Positions 29,431-39,386 of a stretch of 63,911 bases of DNA are shown piece by piece. The position numbers and the translations under genes were made by a program. A model generated the notes under the pieces. It did no database searches. It was not told where the DNA came from and saw nothing but the letters and a program-made list of their open reading frames with translations. The DNA comes from Bradyrhizobium sp. (lineage in GTDB: Bacteria; Pseudomonadota; Alphaproteobacteria; Rhizobiales; Xanthobacteraceae): positions 1 through 63,911 of the forward strand of contig NZ_JAFATE010000506.1 of the NCBI RefSeq assembly GCF_019244115.1. The letters are read 5' to 3'. Position 1 is the first letter of the stretch. Each line of letters begins with the position of its first letter.

Positions 29431-30780
29431 TCAGGGCTCCTGACATAACCCAGGCGCTGGTGGTCCTGGATGGGACGGAACTGGCGCCGCGCCCGCAAAA
29501 TCTACCTCCGGAATCTCATCCGCAGGAGGGAACGTGTTCGCGAACGACTTGGCCAGCACGCGCGCCGGGTCAGGCCGCCCCATCACGAAGCCGGTCAGAC
29601 GCGCCAACGGGCTGCGGACATCCTTCGGCCGCCGCAGCAATTCGGCGACCAGTTTCGGCTCGTGCCACGGAACGTCAAGATATGCATCCGAAAGCAACGG
29701 GGCGTCGGCCTCGGCCAACCACGCCTGCGGGAAGAAGGCGACATTTGGTCGTTCCGCGCTGCGCCCGCCGTTATCTGCCGATACGGTCTCGCCGCGAACA
29801 CGCGACAGCAGCACGGACACGAGCGAACCGGCCGGACCGAACGGCAAGTGACCAAGCTGCGTAGCCCTCGGATTCAACTCGATCATGATGGCTCGATCGC
29901 TCCCCTCTTCAAGGATGAAGTCGAGGCCGCAGAAACCCGACATTCCGAGGCGGCGAACAAGCCGCGTTGCCGCAGCCTCCATTCCGGGATGCGAGATCAG
30001 TTTGACGATTGTCGCGGCACCGAAATCTTGCTTGGTCTTCAGCGCGACGGCGCCGATCGAGGCAAGGACCTCGCCGTTCCAACAGGCGACCATGATGTTC
30101 GCAGCGCGACCTTTGACGAAATCTTGACCGATCACGCCAGGACGTGTTCGATCGAGCCACCCGCACAGCGGGAATGGGTCGCGATTGGACAGCAGGAATT
30201 TCAACACACGCCAGGTGGCAAGCGGGCGCGACAGTCGACGATAGGCGGCGAGGGCGGAAGCCAGACTGTCGACCAACGCGACCCCCGCGCCGCCCCAGGT
30301 ACCATCGGCCTTGATCACGGCGGGAAACGACCGGTTTGCGCACCAGTCTAGCACGTCCGCCTCGGAGTGGAGTTCGTGCGATGCCGGCTCAGGACTGCCG
30401 TCCTGGGCGGCCAGGCGAAGTGCTTGGCCGCGGCTTCGCGCGGCGGCGTACCCCGCCGGGTTGCCAAGCGAGCGCTCGATGAGCCGGCGCAGACCGTCGT
30501 CGTCAGGCAGCGAGGCATGGAGAGCGTGTAAATGCCCCAGCGCACGGTCGTCGCACGGAACGATGAGGTCGGGCCGCATCCTGCGCAGCGCTTCGGCGAC
30601 GGTCTGCGTGGGAGAGAGCGCAGAATATTTGAAGATCTCTCGGACGGAACTGACGGAGAGCAGCGGGCTATCGCGCGGGCATATGGCGCCCGTGTAGGCC
30701 CCCGCTTTCCCGAACTCGGACGCCAAACGCGCTGCCAAAGGCCACCAATTGGTCGAACTAAACAAAACTCTAGATTGCAC
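29431..30780 (-). CDS. ATP-grasp domain protein (putative carboxylate-amine ligase)
   Basis: IVPCDD, FPAVIKADGTWGGAGV, QDFVKG, GFCGLDFILE, IELNPR. Confidence 0.85.
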   Translation of the reverse strand: MQSRVLFSSTNWWPLAARLASEFGKAGAYTGAICPRDSPLLSVSSVREIFKYSALSPTQTVAEALRRMRPDLIVPCDDRALGHLHALHASLPDDDGLRRLIERSLGNPAGYAAARSRGQALRLAAQDGSPEPASHELHSEADVLDWCANRSFPAVIKADGTWGGAGVALVDSLASALAAYRRLSRPLATWRVLKFLLSNRDPFPLCGWLDRTRPGVIGQDFVKGRAANIMVACWNGEVLASIGAVALKTKQDFGAATIVKLISHPGMEAAATRLVRRLGMSGFCGLDFILEEGSDRAIMIELNPRATQLGHLPFGPAGSLVSVLLSRVRGETVSADNGGRSAERPNVAFFPQAWLAEADAPLLSDAYLDVPWHEPKLVAELLRRPKDVRSPLARLTGFVMGRPDPARVLAKSFANTFPPADEIPEVDFAGAAPVPSHPGPPAPGLCQEP

Positions 30781-30905
30781 CCTGGGAGTATCCTCGTTGG
30801 GGTTGACACCCCTTAACTCTGACTGATCTTGACTCTTTACAGCGTATTAGATTTTCACAAAGTGGCAAGCGACCAGCAGAACTCTGGCGGTGAAATGGTG
30901 CTGAG

Positions 30906-32132
30906 ATGACGATGAACGCGGCGCGCAGGTCTGACACTGATTCCACCGGTATCGCGATCATCGGTGCGGGGCCGTACGGCCTTTCGCTTGCGGCGCATCT
31001 GAAGGCTCGCCGCCTGGACTTTCGAATTTTCGGCGACCCGATGGCGATGTGGCGAAGCCGGATGCCCAAAGGCATGCGGCTGAAATCCGAGGGATTTGCG
31101 TCCAGCCTCTATGATCCAGGGGGAATCTTGACGCTCGCCCGATATTGCGCCGACAACGATCTTCCTTACGCGGACGTGGGTCTACCGGTCCCGCTGGAGA
31201 CATTCACGCAGTACGGATTGGAGTTTCAGCGTCGTTTCGTCCCCGACGTGGAAAACCGAACCGTCAGCGACCTTCGCAGCAACGCCGATGGTTTCAAGCT
31301 CACCTTCGAGGATGGCGGCGTCCTGAGCGCGCGCCGAGTTGTGGTGGCAGTCGGCATTGGCCATTTCGCATGGCTTCCTCCGATGCTCGAAGGGGTGCCT
31401 CCAGCGTTGGTGACGCATAGTTCGGACCATCATGGTCTTGAGAAGTTCGCCGACCGGGACGTCGCGGTGATCGGCGCGGGCGCGTCCGCGGTCGACATCG
31501 CCGCGCTGCTGCAGCAAGCCGGCGCCCGCCCAACGCTGGTGGCTCGCACGGATCAGCTTCGCTTCCAGGACCCGCCGCCGCCGCGCGGTCAGTCGCGCCC
31601 GCTGGCCGCGCGATTGCGGTGGCCGATCTCGGGCATCGGCAACGGTTGGAAATCCTACCTGTGCGCAGAACTGCCGCTGGTCTTTCGCGCGATGCCAGAG
31701 CCATTCCGGCTCACCGTGGTGCGCACCCATCTCGGCCCCGCGCCCTGCTGGTTCACCAGGGACGAGATCAATGGCCGTGTGGCCCTGCGCCTGGGCCGGT
31801 CCGTCGACCAGATTCAAGCGGACCAGGATCGCCTGCGACTGTCCCTCAGCGGACCCGACGGCGCCGAGGAATTGCTGGTCGACCATTTGATCGCCGCGAC
31901 CGGATATCGCGCCGATTTGAGAAGAGTTCCGTTCCTTTCCCCCGAATTGCGCGGTGCTATCGCCAAGACCGCCGAGACGCCCATATTGTCGTCGCGGTTT
32001 GAATCTTCGGTGGCCGGTCTGTTCTTCGTTGGGGCGTTGTCGGCAAATACCTTCGGGCCCCTGACGCGGTTCGCTTTTGGCGCCGGCTTCGCCGCCGAGC
32101 GCGTGACGGAGCGGCTCGCAAGAGCGCATTAG
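30906..32132 (+). CDS. NAD(P)/FAD-dependent oxidoreductase (two dinucleotide-binding domains, class B flavoprotein monooxygenase-like)
   Basis: IAIIGAGPYGL, VAVIGAGASAVD, IAATGY, GLFFVG. Confidence 0.88.
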   Translation: MTMNAARRSDTDSTGIAIIGAGPYGLSLAAHLKARRLDFRIFGDPMAMWRSRMPKGMRLKSEGFASSLYDPGGILTLARYCADNDLPYADVGLPVPLETFTQYGLEFQRRFVPDVENRTVSDLRSNADGFKLTFEDGGVLSARRVVVAVGIGHFAWLPPMLEGVPPALVTHSSDHHGLEKFADRDVAVIGAGASAVDIAALLQQAGARPTLVARTDQLRFQDPPPPRGQSRPLAARLRWPISGIGNGWKSYLCAELPLVFRAMPEPFRLTVVRTHLGPAPCWFTRDEINGRVALRLGRSVDQIQADQDRLRLSLSGPDGAEELLVDHLIAATGYRADLRRVPFLSPELRGAIAKTAETPILSSRFESSVAGLFFVGALSANTFGPLTRFAFGAGFAAERVTERLARAH

Positions 32133-32699
32133 CGGCCGTTGTCGTCATCGGACCGGCAGATGCCAACGCCGCACTGAGCTGATTCGAATTGGATCGCCGA
32201 ACCGGCAGGAGGCTTCGCAACGCGTCACGCTGCTGCAAATCGCTCCCCTGCTCTTGCAAAGACCGCCAGGTAGCCCATGATGGGCCGCAGTCCGAACGCT
32301 ATGGAAATCCGACGCGGGAAACGCACGGGCCGCTGAACAGCGACGCAAGATCCGGCCAGTCGCCGTCGCCTCGCGTTTTGCTCGTTCGGCGGATCGCCGT
32401 TCAAGGACGTACGCGCCGTTGCTGCGTATCGGGAAGGCGGTCCACCAGACCAAATGATAGCGGTCGAAGCCTTTAACCAAGTTCAGCCGCGTCAAGTGAC
32501 ATGGTTCTACTGGGGCTGTACCTTAGCCTTCTGAATAGAAGACTGGCAGCAACAACAATCTCAGGTTATTCATACGTTTCTAAATTGTCAATCTTCGGGT
32601 GTATTCCCTCAATCAAATATTTCCTGGCCACCTTGAAACGATACGCGCGCAGGCGTGCGGGAATGTCGGGCTCTTCACCGAGTAGAAAAGGTTCTAGTT

Positions 32700-33713
32700 G
32701 TGAAGCGCGAACTTTATGGCATCCAGTACTTGCGCGGCATCGCATCGCTCTCTGTTCTGGCCTACCATCTCACGCTGCGTGCTGGTGGCACGCCGTTCCT
32801 AGGCACCTTTCGCATCGACCTGTTTTTCGTAGTCAGCGGCTTTATCATGTGGGTGATTACGGTCGACCGCGACATCGCCCCCTCCACTTTCATGCTTCGG
32901 CGCGTCATCAGGCTGGTGCCAAGTTATTGGCTCGCGACCGCAGCGACCGCGCTGCTCATTCTCGCGAAGCCCAATTTCACCTACGGTCACCAGCTTGATT
33001 CATACCGTTTGGTGGCGTCACTCTTCTTCATTCCGACCCTCGCCGGCGATGACATCCTTCCTGTGGTCTTGCAAGCTTGGACACTCATCTATGAAATGAT
33101 GTTCTACCTGTTGATTGCGGCCTCGTTGCGGGTCGAGCAACGATATCGCTGGCAGTTCATCGCCGCGACGCTTTGCGGGTTGGCGGTGTTGCACGTGCTG
33201 GTGCCGGAAGCTCACCTCGCATCGGTTACGAACCCGAACATTCTGCTCGAGTTCCTCGCTGGCGTGCTGGTCGGCGTCGTTTGGAAACGTTGTGATGTTC
33301 CTTCGGGCTGGGCTTTGCTGTTCCTCGTGATCGGGCTTCTCGGTTTCGCCCAGTCCGAGTATTTTCATCCTGACATGCCGCCGATGCTGAAATTCGGCAT
33401 ACCGTCGGTTTTCGTTGTCGCCGGCGCCGTCTACTACGAAAAGGCGAAGCGTGTGCCGAACATCCGCATCCTCAGTCTGCTGGGTGAAGCGTCCTACTCC
33501 ATCTTCCTCTGGCATGTCTGGGTTTCCCTGATTCTCGAAGGCCTCCTTCTCCATCTGCACCTTCCACTCAGGGCACAGTTCATGCTGGAATTGACCGGCA
33601 CCGTCTTTATCAGTTGCCTTATCTGTATCTGGGTCGAACGGCCAACAACCGAATACCTTCGCTCGCTCGTTACGCGGCCGTCGCTCCCGCTTGCCCGTGG
33701 TACTCCCTCGTAG
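32700..33713 (+). CDS. exoZ: membrane O-acyltransferase (acyltransferase-3), ExoZ-like
   Basis: GIQYLRG, DLFFVVSGFIM, RRVIRLVPSYW, WTLIYEMMFY, LGEASYSIFLWH. Confidence 0.8.
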   Translation: MKRELYGIQYLRGIASLSVLAYHLTLRAGGTPFLGTFRIDLFFVVSGFIMWVITVDRDIAPSTFMLRRVIRLVPSYWLATAATALLILAKPNFTYGHQLDSYRLVASLFFIPTLAGDDILPVVLQAWTLIYEMMFYLLIAASLRVEQRYRWQFIAATLCGLAVLHVLVPEAHLASVTNPNILLEFLAGVLVGVVWKRCDVPSGWALLFLVIGLLGFAQSEYFHPDMPPMLKFGIPSVFVVAGAVYYEKAKRVPNIRILSLLGEASYSIFLWHVWVSLILEGLLLHLHLPLRAQFMLELTGTVFISCLICIWVERPTTEYLRSLVTRPSLPLARGTPS

Positions 33714-33770
33714 GAGAAGGACGGCGCTGCGATTCAGGTTTTCGCTACGCGACGCCGTCGCGGCGCCGAC

Positions 33771-34538
33771 TCAGCTCCGGTTCTCCTGAGCCCCGCGTTT
33801 CTCGGAATCGATTACCGACAACGAGCCCTGATCGATCACGAGGCAACTGAGCCGCCCGGTGGCGAAGGCGCCGGTGTCGATGTTGATGCGGTTCGATGCC
33901 ACCTCGATCTCGCGCGTGGGCGTATGCCCGTGCACGACGATCTTGCCGAAATCCTCGTTCGACGACAGAAACTCGTCCCTGATCCAGAGTAGGTCGCTCT
34001 CCTTTTGACGCGACAAGTGGACATTCGGCCTCACGCCGGCATGGGCGAAAAAGAAGTCACCGCAAGAGAACGACATCTGCAGGTCGCGGAAAAAGCGGAA
34101 ATGCGCCTGTGGCAGCGCGCCGTGAAAGGCCGCCTGCAGCCTGACGATTTGCACCTCATCCAGCCCTGGCTTCGGCGAAATGCCATATGAAATCAATGTC
34201 TCGATCCCGCCCAGCCGCAGCCATTGATCAAACAGCGAGCGATCGGACAGGCACTTGATCGCGATCTGTTCGTGATTGCCTTTCAGGAATACGCACTCGT
34301 TGCTCCGACCATGCGCGATCAGCCGATCAATCGCTGCACGCGATGACGGTCCCCGGTCGATGTAGTCCCCGAGAAATACAAACATCGGTCTGGCCACCGG
34401 ACGAACTGAGACGTCTTGCTCGATCCGCGCCAGCAACAGATCGAGAAGATCGAGCCGCCCGTGAATGTCGCCGACGGCATAGATTCTCATGCCCGCCGGT
34501 AAGCAGGGACGCCGACCTTGAACCTGAAGCTGCTGCAT
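33771..34538 (-). CDS. PPP-type metallophosphoesterase (PrpA/PrpB-like protein phosphatase)
   Basis: GDIHG, GDYIDRG, GNHE, HAG, HGHTP, IDTGA. Confidence 0.92.
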   Translation of the reverse strand: MQQLQVQGRRPCLPAGMRIYAVGDIHGRLDLLDLLLARIEQDVSVRPVARPMFVFLGDYIDRGPSSRAAIDRLIAHGRSNECVFLKGNHEQIAIKCLSDRSLFDQWLRLGGIETLISYGISPKPGLDEVQIVRLQAAFHGALPQAHFRFFRDLQMSFSCGDFFFAHAGVRPNVHLSRQKESDLLWIRDEFLSSNEDFGKIVVHGHTPTREIEVASNRINIDTGAFATGRLSCLVIDQGSLSVIDSEKRGAQENRS

Positions 34539-34891
34539 ATCCGCGAACGAAATCGGCACCCGTCAATCCACCATCGCCTCATCGCATCCGGGGATGCTCG
34601 CTGCTCCAGACAGAGGCTTCGTGATCCGTTCGCTGGTAATATATCCCATTTTTGCGTTGCAATCCGCGCCTTCGCTCCAGCTTTATGCCACGTCGAGCGG
34701 TATAAAAATCAAGCCCCATGATCGTTCGCCGTCAAAAAGCCGTTATCTAAGCCAGAAAATGCCGATATTGGCGCGAAAGCTCGCGCAGTCAACCATACCG
34801 CTGAACTCTGGTTGATCGGTTGAGCAGCATTCGATAGTTGTTGTGTTCTGAAAGCAATTCGCAATCAGAAACAGTTGTTTGGAGTGGTTCC

Positions 34892-35533
34892 ATGAGTAAG
34901 GGCCTGATCGCGAAAATCTCATCTGCTCAGTTGTTCCTGGTCTCTTGCCTCAGTGCATTTTGTTTCGGATCGGCTTCCGCTGCACCTTGCGTCCTACCGC
35001 CCGCATCTAGCCAGGCGATCGTTCAATTCAAGGCGAGTCCGCAAGCCCTCGTTGCGCCGGAGTCGGATGCCCGAACACTTGAGGCAACAGTCAGGGATCT
35101 CGCAGGCACCGACGCCAATCTCGCAGCCGATATCGTGCGCTTGGCCGAAAGCGCGTCGCAGCGCTTCCGGACGGCCATTGCTGCGGGCCTTGCGCAAGCA
35201 GCGGTTGCCTGCGCAAACCTCGATCAGCATGCCGCGCTCATCATCCAGCAGGCGGTGGCGGGCTTCGACGATGGCGACTTTCAGGCCTCCTTCGCCGCGG
35301 TCGCGGGCGACCTCTCTACCGCCGCCACGGAGGCTGCGGCAGCCTCGGCCTCGAGCTCCGTTGGGAGCGTGGTCGTCGTGAACCCCAATACGTCCGAGAA
35401 ACTGGCCATCAATCGTGGCGGGGGCGGCGGCGGAACTCCGCTCAGTGCGATCACCTCCATTACTGTGACCGCTGCGACCACCACGCCCTCCCCGTCGACG
35501 ACTGCGGCAAGTCCAGTCAGCGCAACCCATTGA
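34892..35533 (+). CDS. exported alanine-rich protein, PssO-like
   Basis: Signal peptide, helical Ala-rich core (AIAAGLAQAAVAC), Gly/Ser/Thr-rich tail; directly upstream of Wzc. Confidence 0.65.
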   Translation: MSKGLIAKISSAQLFLVSCLSAFCFGSASAAPCVLPPASSQAIVQFKASPQALVAPESDARTLEATVRDLAGTDANLAADIVRLAESASQRFRTAIAAGLAQAAVACANLDQHAALIIQQAVAGFDDGDFQASFAAVAGDLSTAATEAAAASASSSVGSVVVVNPNTSEKLAINRGGGGGGTPLSAITSITVTAATTTPSPSTTAASPVSATH

Positions 35534-35593
35534 ACTTCCTTGGCGGGAACGGCGACTCACGGCTGACGCAACGGGTGGTTCGAGAGATTGTGG

Positions 35594-37855
35594 ATGAACG
35601 TAACCGGACAGTTTTCACCCTATTCGCCCGTCTACAACGATCCACGGGCGGAGTCTCTGCCGCTGCTCCAGGTTAAAAGCTTTCTGCGCCGGCAGTGGCG
35701 GCTGATTGCCCTGGTGACCGGCCTGTCGCTCATCGTCGGCGTCGCCTACCTGGCTGTCACGCCGGCACGCTATACCGCGCAAGCGGACATGATCATCGAC
35801 ACGAAGAGAGTGACCTGGACCCAATCGGAGCTCGCGACCGAAAACCGCAGCATCGAAGATGCCGGTGTCGAGAGCGAAATCGAGACCACCAAGTCCGAGC
35901 GGGTGGCCCTCTCCGTGATCAATCATCTGCATCTGGACGACGATCCCGAATTCGCCGGCGCCGGCCAGGGCCTCAAGCGGCACGTCCTCTCTTTGTTGCA
36001 CCTTGCTCCGGCGGTCCAGGTCGAATCGGCAAAATCGGACCCGCTGCGCACCGCGCTCGCCGTCGTGGAAGGCAACCTGCGCGTGACCCGCTTGGGGCGC
36101 AGTTATCTTGAGCAGATTGAATTCACCTCGCTCGATCCCGAGAAGGCCGCGAGGATCGCAAACGCCTTCGCCGACGCGTATATCGAGGATCAGTTGCAGG
36201 CCAAATTCGAGGCGACGCGCCGCGCCAGCGTTTGGCTCGAGCAGCGCATCGGCGAGTTGCGCCAGCAGGCCAGCGACGCCTACAGGGAAGTGCAGGACTT
36301 CAAATCTAAGAACAGCATCATCATCGGTGCCGACGGCAAGCTTGCCAGCGAGATCGAGCTCGACCAGCTTGGGATTGCACTGGCGAAAGCTCGCGCCGAC
36401 ACCAGCCAGGCGAGGGCAAAGCTCGAGCGCATATCGCGTGTCCTCGAACAGCGGCCCGAGTCGAGCAAGGAAAGCTTCAACATTCCAGATCCAGTCGTGA
36501 CCGACGCACTCAACAACCCGGTCATCACCAAATTGCGGCAGCAGTTCCTCGACGATCAAAGCCGCGAATCCGAGTGGAGCGCGCGCTACGGCGCGGACCA
36601 TCAGGCGGCGAGAAACCTGCGCGCTGAAATGGCGGCCTTGCAACGCGCGATCTGGGACGAAATCTCGCGCATCGCGGAAAGCTACAAGAGCGAGCTGCAG
36701 ATCGCAAAGAGTCAGGAAGATTCGATCGACAAGCGGATGGTTGAAGTCTTCCAGCAATCGGGGGCTACACGGCAATCGCAGGTGCAGTTGCGCGAGCTGG
36801 AGACGGCCGCCAACACCTATCGAAGCATTTACGAGACTTTCCTCTCTCGTTTCACCCAGTCGGTCCAGCAGCAATCGTTTCCCTCGACCGAGGCGCGCGT
36901 CGTCACTCTGGCTACGCCTCCGGGCAGGCCAAGCTCACCCAAGACGAGCTTGACGATGGCTTTGGCCTTGCTCTGCGGGATTGGCTTCGGAGTGTTGTCG
37001 GCCTTCGCGCGTGAACAGATGAACCGGCAGATTCACACCCGCGCGCAGCTGGAAAGCCTCTTGGGCGCCAATTGCCTTGCCGTCATTCCGGCGTTCGCCC
37101 GAGAAAAGGCCGCGCTGCGAAAGAACCGGGCATTGCGTGAATCGGGCGCATTCCGGCAGATCAGCGAAGTTGCACCTTTTTCCGCGACCGCCGAGGCGCT
37201 GCGCTACATCAAGGTTGCGATCGACCTGCACCCGTCCGGCGGCAAGGTGGTCGGTATCGTCTCTGCACTTCCAGGCGAGGGAAAAACCACCGTCGCCGCG
37301 GGGTTCGCTGCGTTCGTCGCGCGAGGCGGCGCACGAACCCTGCTGATTGACGGAGATTTGCGCAATCCATCTCTGAGCAGCACATTCGGCTATACGAACA
37401 CTCCGGGGCTGGTCGAACTGGTGGCGGAGAAGTCGTCCTTTGAGGACCTGGTCATCACCGACTCGAAATACAAGCTGGATTTCCTGCCATCGGCGACGCG
37501 AATCAAACCTCCCAACAGTTCGGACATTCTGAACTCGCCGACGATGAAGCAGACGCTGAAGGCGGCGGCGAGCAAGTACGATTACGTACTGGTCGACTTG
37601 CCTCCGGTTCTGCCGGTGGTCGACGTCAAGGCGGCTGCCCATCTGTTCGATGCCTTCATCCTCGTCGTCGAGTGGGGGAGCACATCGACCGAAGAGATCC
37701 TCAAGGCTGTTGCCGCCTCCCCGGTTCTCTCTGAACGGCTCTTGGGCGCGGTTCTCAACAAGGCCGACGAAGCAGTGATGCGTCGCTTCGAGGGCTATTC
37801 GGACCGAAACTACCACTACTACACCAACGAAAGACTCCCCGCCGAAGTTGCCTAG
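35594..37855 (+). CDS. exoP: Wzc/ExoP polysaccharide co-polymerase / BY tyrosine kinase (copy 2)
   Basis: Same architecture as copy 1; SALPGEGKTT, LIDGDLRNP, PxxPSSPK motif before TM2, YSDRNYHYY tail. Confidence 0.92.
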   Translation: MNVTGQFSPYSPVYNDPRAESLPLLQVKSFLRRQWRLIALVTGLSLIVGVAYLAVTPARYTAQADMIIDTKRVTWTQSELATENRSIEDAGVESEIETTKSERVALSVINHLHLDDDPEFAGAGQGLKRHVLSLLHLAPAVQVESAKSDPLRTALAVVEGNLRVTRLGRSYLEQIEFTSLDPEKAARIANAFADAYIEDQLQAKFEATRRASVWLEQRIGELRQQASDAYREVQDFKSKNSIIIGADGKLASEIELDQLGIALAKARADTSQARAKLERISRVLEQRPESSKESFNIPDPVVTDALNNPVITKLRQQFLDDQSRESEWSARYGADHQAARNLRAEMAALQRAIWDEISRIAESYKSELQIAKSQEDSIDKRMVEVFQQSGATRQSQVQLRELETAANTYRSIYETFLSRFTQSVQQQSFPSTEARVVTLATPPGRPSSPKTSLTMALALLCGIGFGVLSAFAREQMNRQIHTRAQLESLLGANCLAVIPAFAREKAALRKNRALRESGAFRQISEVAPFSATAEALRYIKVAIDLHPSGGKVVGIVSALPGEGKTTVAAGFAAFVARGGARTLLIDGDLRNPSLSSTFGYTNTPGLVELVAEKSSFEDLVITDSKYKLDFLPSATRIKPPNSSDILNSPTMKQTLKAAASKYDYVLVDLPPVLPVVDVKAAAHLFDAFILVVEWGSTSTEEILKAVAASPVLSERLLGAVLNKADEAVMRRFEGYSDRNYHYYTNERLPAEVA

Positions 37856-37860
37856 CGTCC

Positions 37861-38631
37861 TTGGGCGCTTTGGGCTTGCGGATCGGAGCGGTTGCGCCAG
37901 TCTTGCCCCCTGCATCCAAACCAGCGCTCTCCGTTCGCTTGCTTTTTCTGCGAGCCCTCACCGCTGCCGTCGCTTGCTTCGGCTTTGCCTGGGGCCTTTC
38001 CACCGTGTGGGGAGGTGAGGTGACCGACGATTTTCGCGATATCGAGTCGCGCCTGCTGCGGTTTGAAGCCTTCAATCAGGCGACAACAGCGGAAGTGTTG
38101 TCGAGCGCGGCCGCGCGCGAAGCGAGCCCCTGCGACAGTCACACACAGCGTGCACTGCTGCTGATGGAGATTCCCCTCGCGGATGCGGCGCTGCGGTCTG
38201 GCGCCCTCAACGAATACAGTCGACGAACCCAGGCAATGGAGATCCGGGCCAGAGAGCTCCTCGCCTGCACCCCGCGGGATTCATTCGTCTGGCTCGTGTT
38301 GTTCGGGATCGCGACCGGGCACGGCAATTTGGACCAGAGCGCGTTCGACCTGCTTGCGATGTCCTACGAGACGTCGCCAAACGAAGCTTGGGTCGCGAAC
38401 CGTCGCATCATGCTCGCAATTCCGGTCCTGCGTTCCGCGCCCGAGCCGATACAGGAACGTATACTCGGCGAATTTCAAGAACTAGTCCGGCGCGGCTTTG
38501 TCGACATTCCCGCACTCGCCTATCTCGGCGCATCTGAACCTGTTCGCGCATCGCTGCGAGCGCGGATCGAAGCACTCGACGAGCGCACGCAAAAGGCCTT
38601 CACCGAGGCAATAAAGCAGCGTCGGACCTGA
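37861..38631 (+). CDS. hypothetical membrane-anchored protein, EPS-locus associated
   Basis: One N-terminal TM segment followed by a helical domain with two Cys; 5 bp after the Wzc copy 2 stop. Confidence 0.7.
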   Translation: MGALGLRIGAVAPVLPPASKPALSVRLLFLRALTAAVACFGFAWGLSTVWGGEVTDDFRDIESRLLRFEAFNQATTAEVLSSAAAREASPCDSHTQRALLLMEIPLADAALRSGALNEYSRRTQAMEIRARELLACTPRDSFVWLVLFGIATGHGNLDQSAFDLLAMSYETSPNEAWVANRRIMLAIPVLRSAPEPIQERILGEFQELVRRGFVDIPALAYLGASEPVRASLRARIEALDERTQKAFTEAIKQRRT

Positions 38632-39217
38632 ATGCCGCGGCAGCTATCGCCGTCGTCAGAAATACCTCACAACAGACGTGGGTCCGCAATGCCAGTCTGC
38701 TGTATGCCCTTGCTGCTGAGGCTCCAAGCCTGAGGAGTTCATGCGGACCCGCGCTCAAAGAGGGTCACCCCCACGGCGTGGCCCCGACCTCCGCCTGGTC
38801 CGGCGCCGGCGGGGCCGATCCGAGCCTCCGTCAAGGCGACACGGGGCAACCGCAACGGCTCCGTCGTTCTTGTGAACCGCCACGAAGAGAATCAGCCTGA
38901 AGAACGTCGTGATGATTGAGGGCGCCGCCGAACCATCCGCCGTAGCTGACTACCTAACCGAACGTGGAGTGAAGAGGACGGGAGGTCTCTTCCGCGCCGA
39001 GGATTTCGATACCGTGAGCACGCAGCGCGGACGATCACCACAAACACATCGAGCTGTCATTAACCCAGGCTACCGTCTTTGCAGATTATGTCCGCGCGCC
39101 GCCGCAAAAAAATCACATAAAAAGCAAAACAATCTGGAAGTCATTGAGCGCACGACAAGCTGCATAACGACGTTTCAGCGAAGCGGGCCGGTAGCAATCT
39201 GGCTACCGCGCCGCCCA

Positions 39218-39232
39218 CTAACGGACGGTTAA
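39218..39232 (-). promoter_or_regulatory. CtrA-like box upstream of exoY
   Basis: Minus strand TTAA-CCGTCCG-TTAG versus consensus TTAA-N7-TTAAC. Confidence 0.35.
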
Positions 39233-39386
39233 ACGGTCGCGTAGTTGACCGTTTATCCTAACGGAACATTACCCAGAATAGGGTTGTACGATGCATGTCT
39301 GCTTCGTACACGGGGAGAGAGATGAAGAAAGTCTGAAGGACAGCCCGGGGATTTTAGATTTTGTTTCGAGTACCGAGGTAAGTGTC

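Noticed and set aside
29431-30780. ATP-grasp enzyme as a graspetide (RiPP) maturase
   Set aside because: No precursor peptide with repeated cores nearby; the surrounding context is entirely polysaccharide biosynthesis
35615-37915. 419-aa and 326-aa minus-strand ORFs
   Set aside because: Antisense shadows of Wzc copy 2
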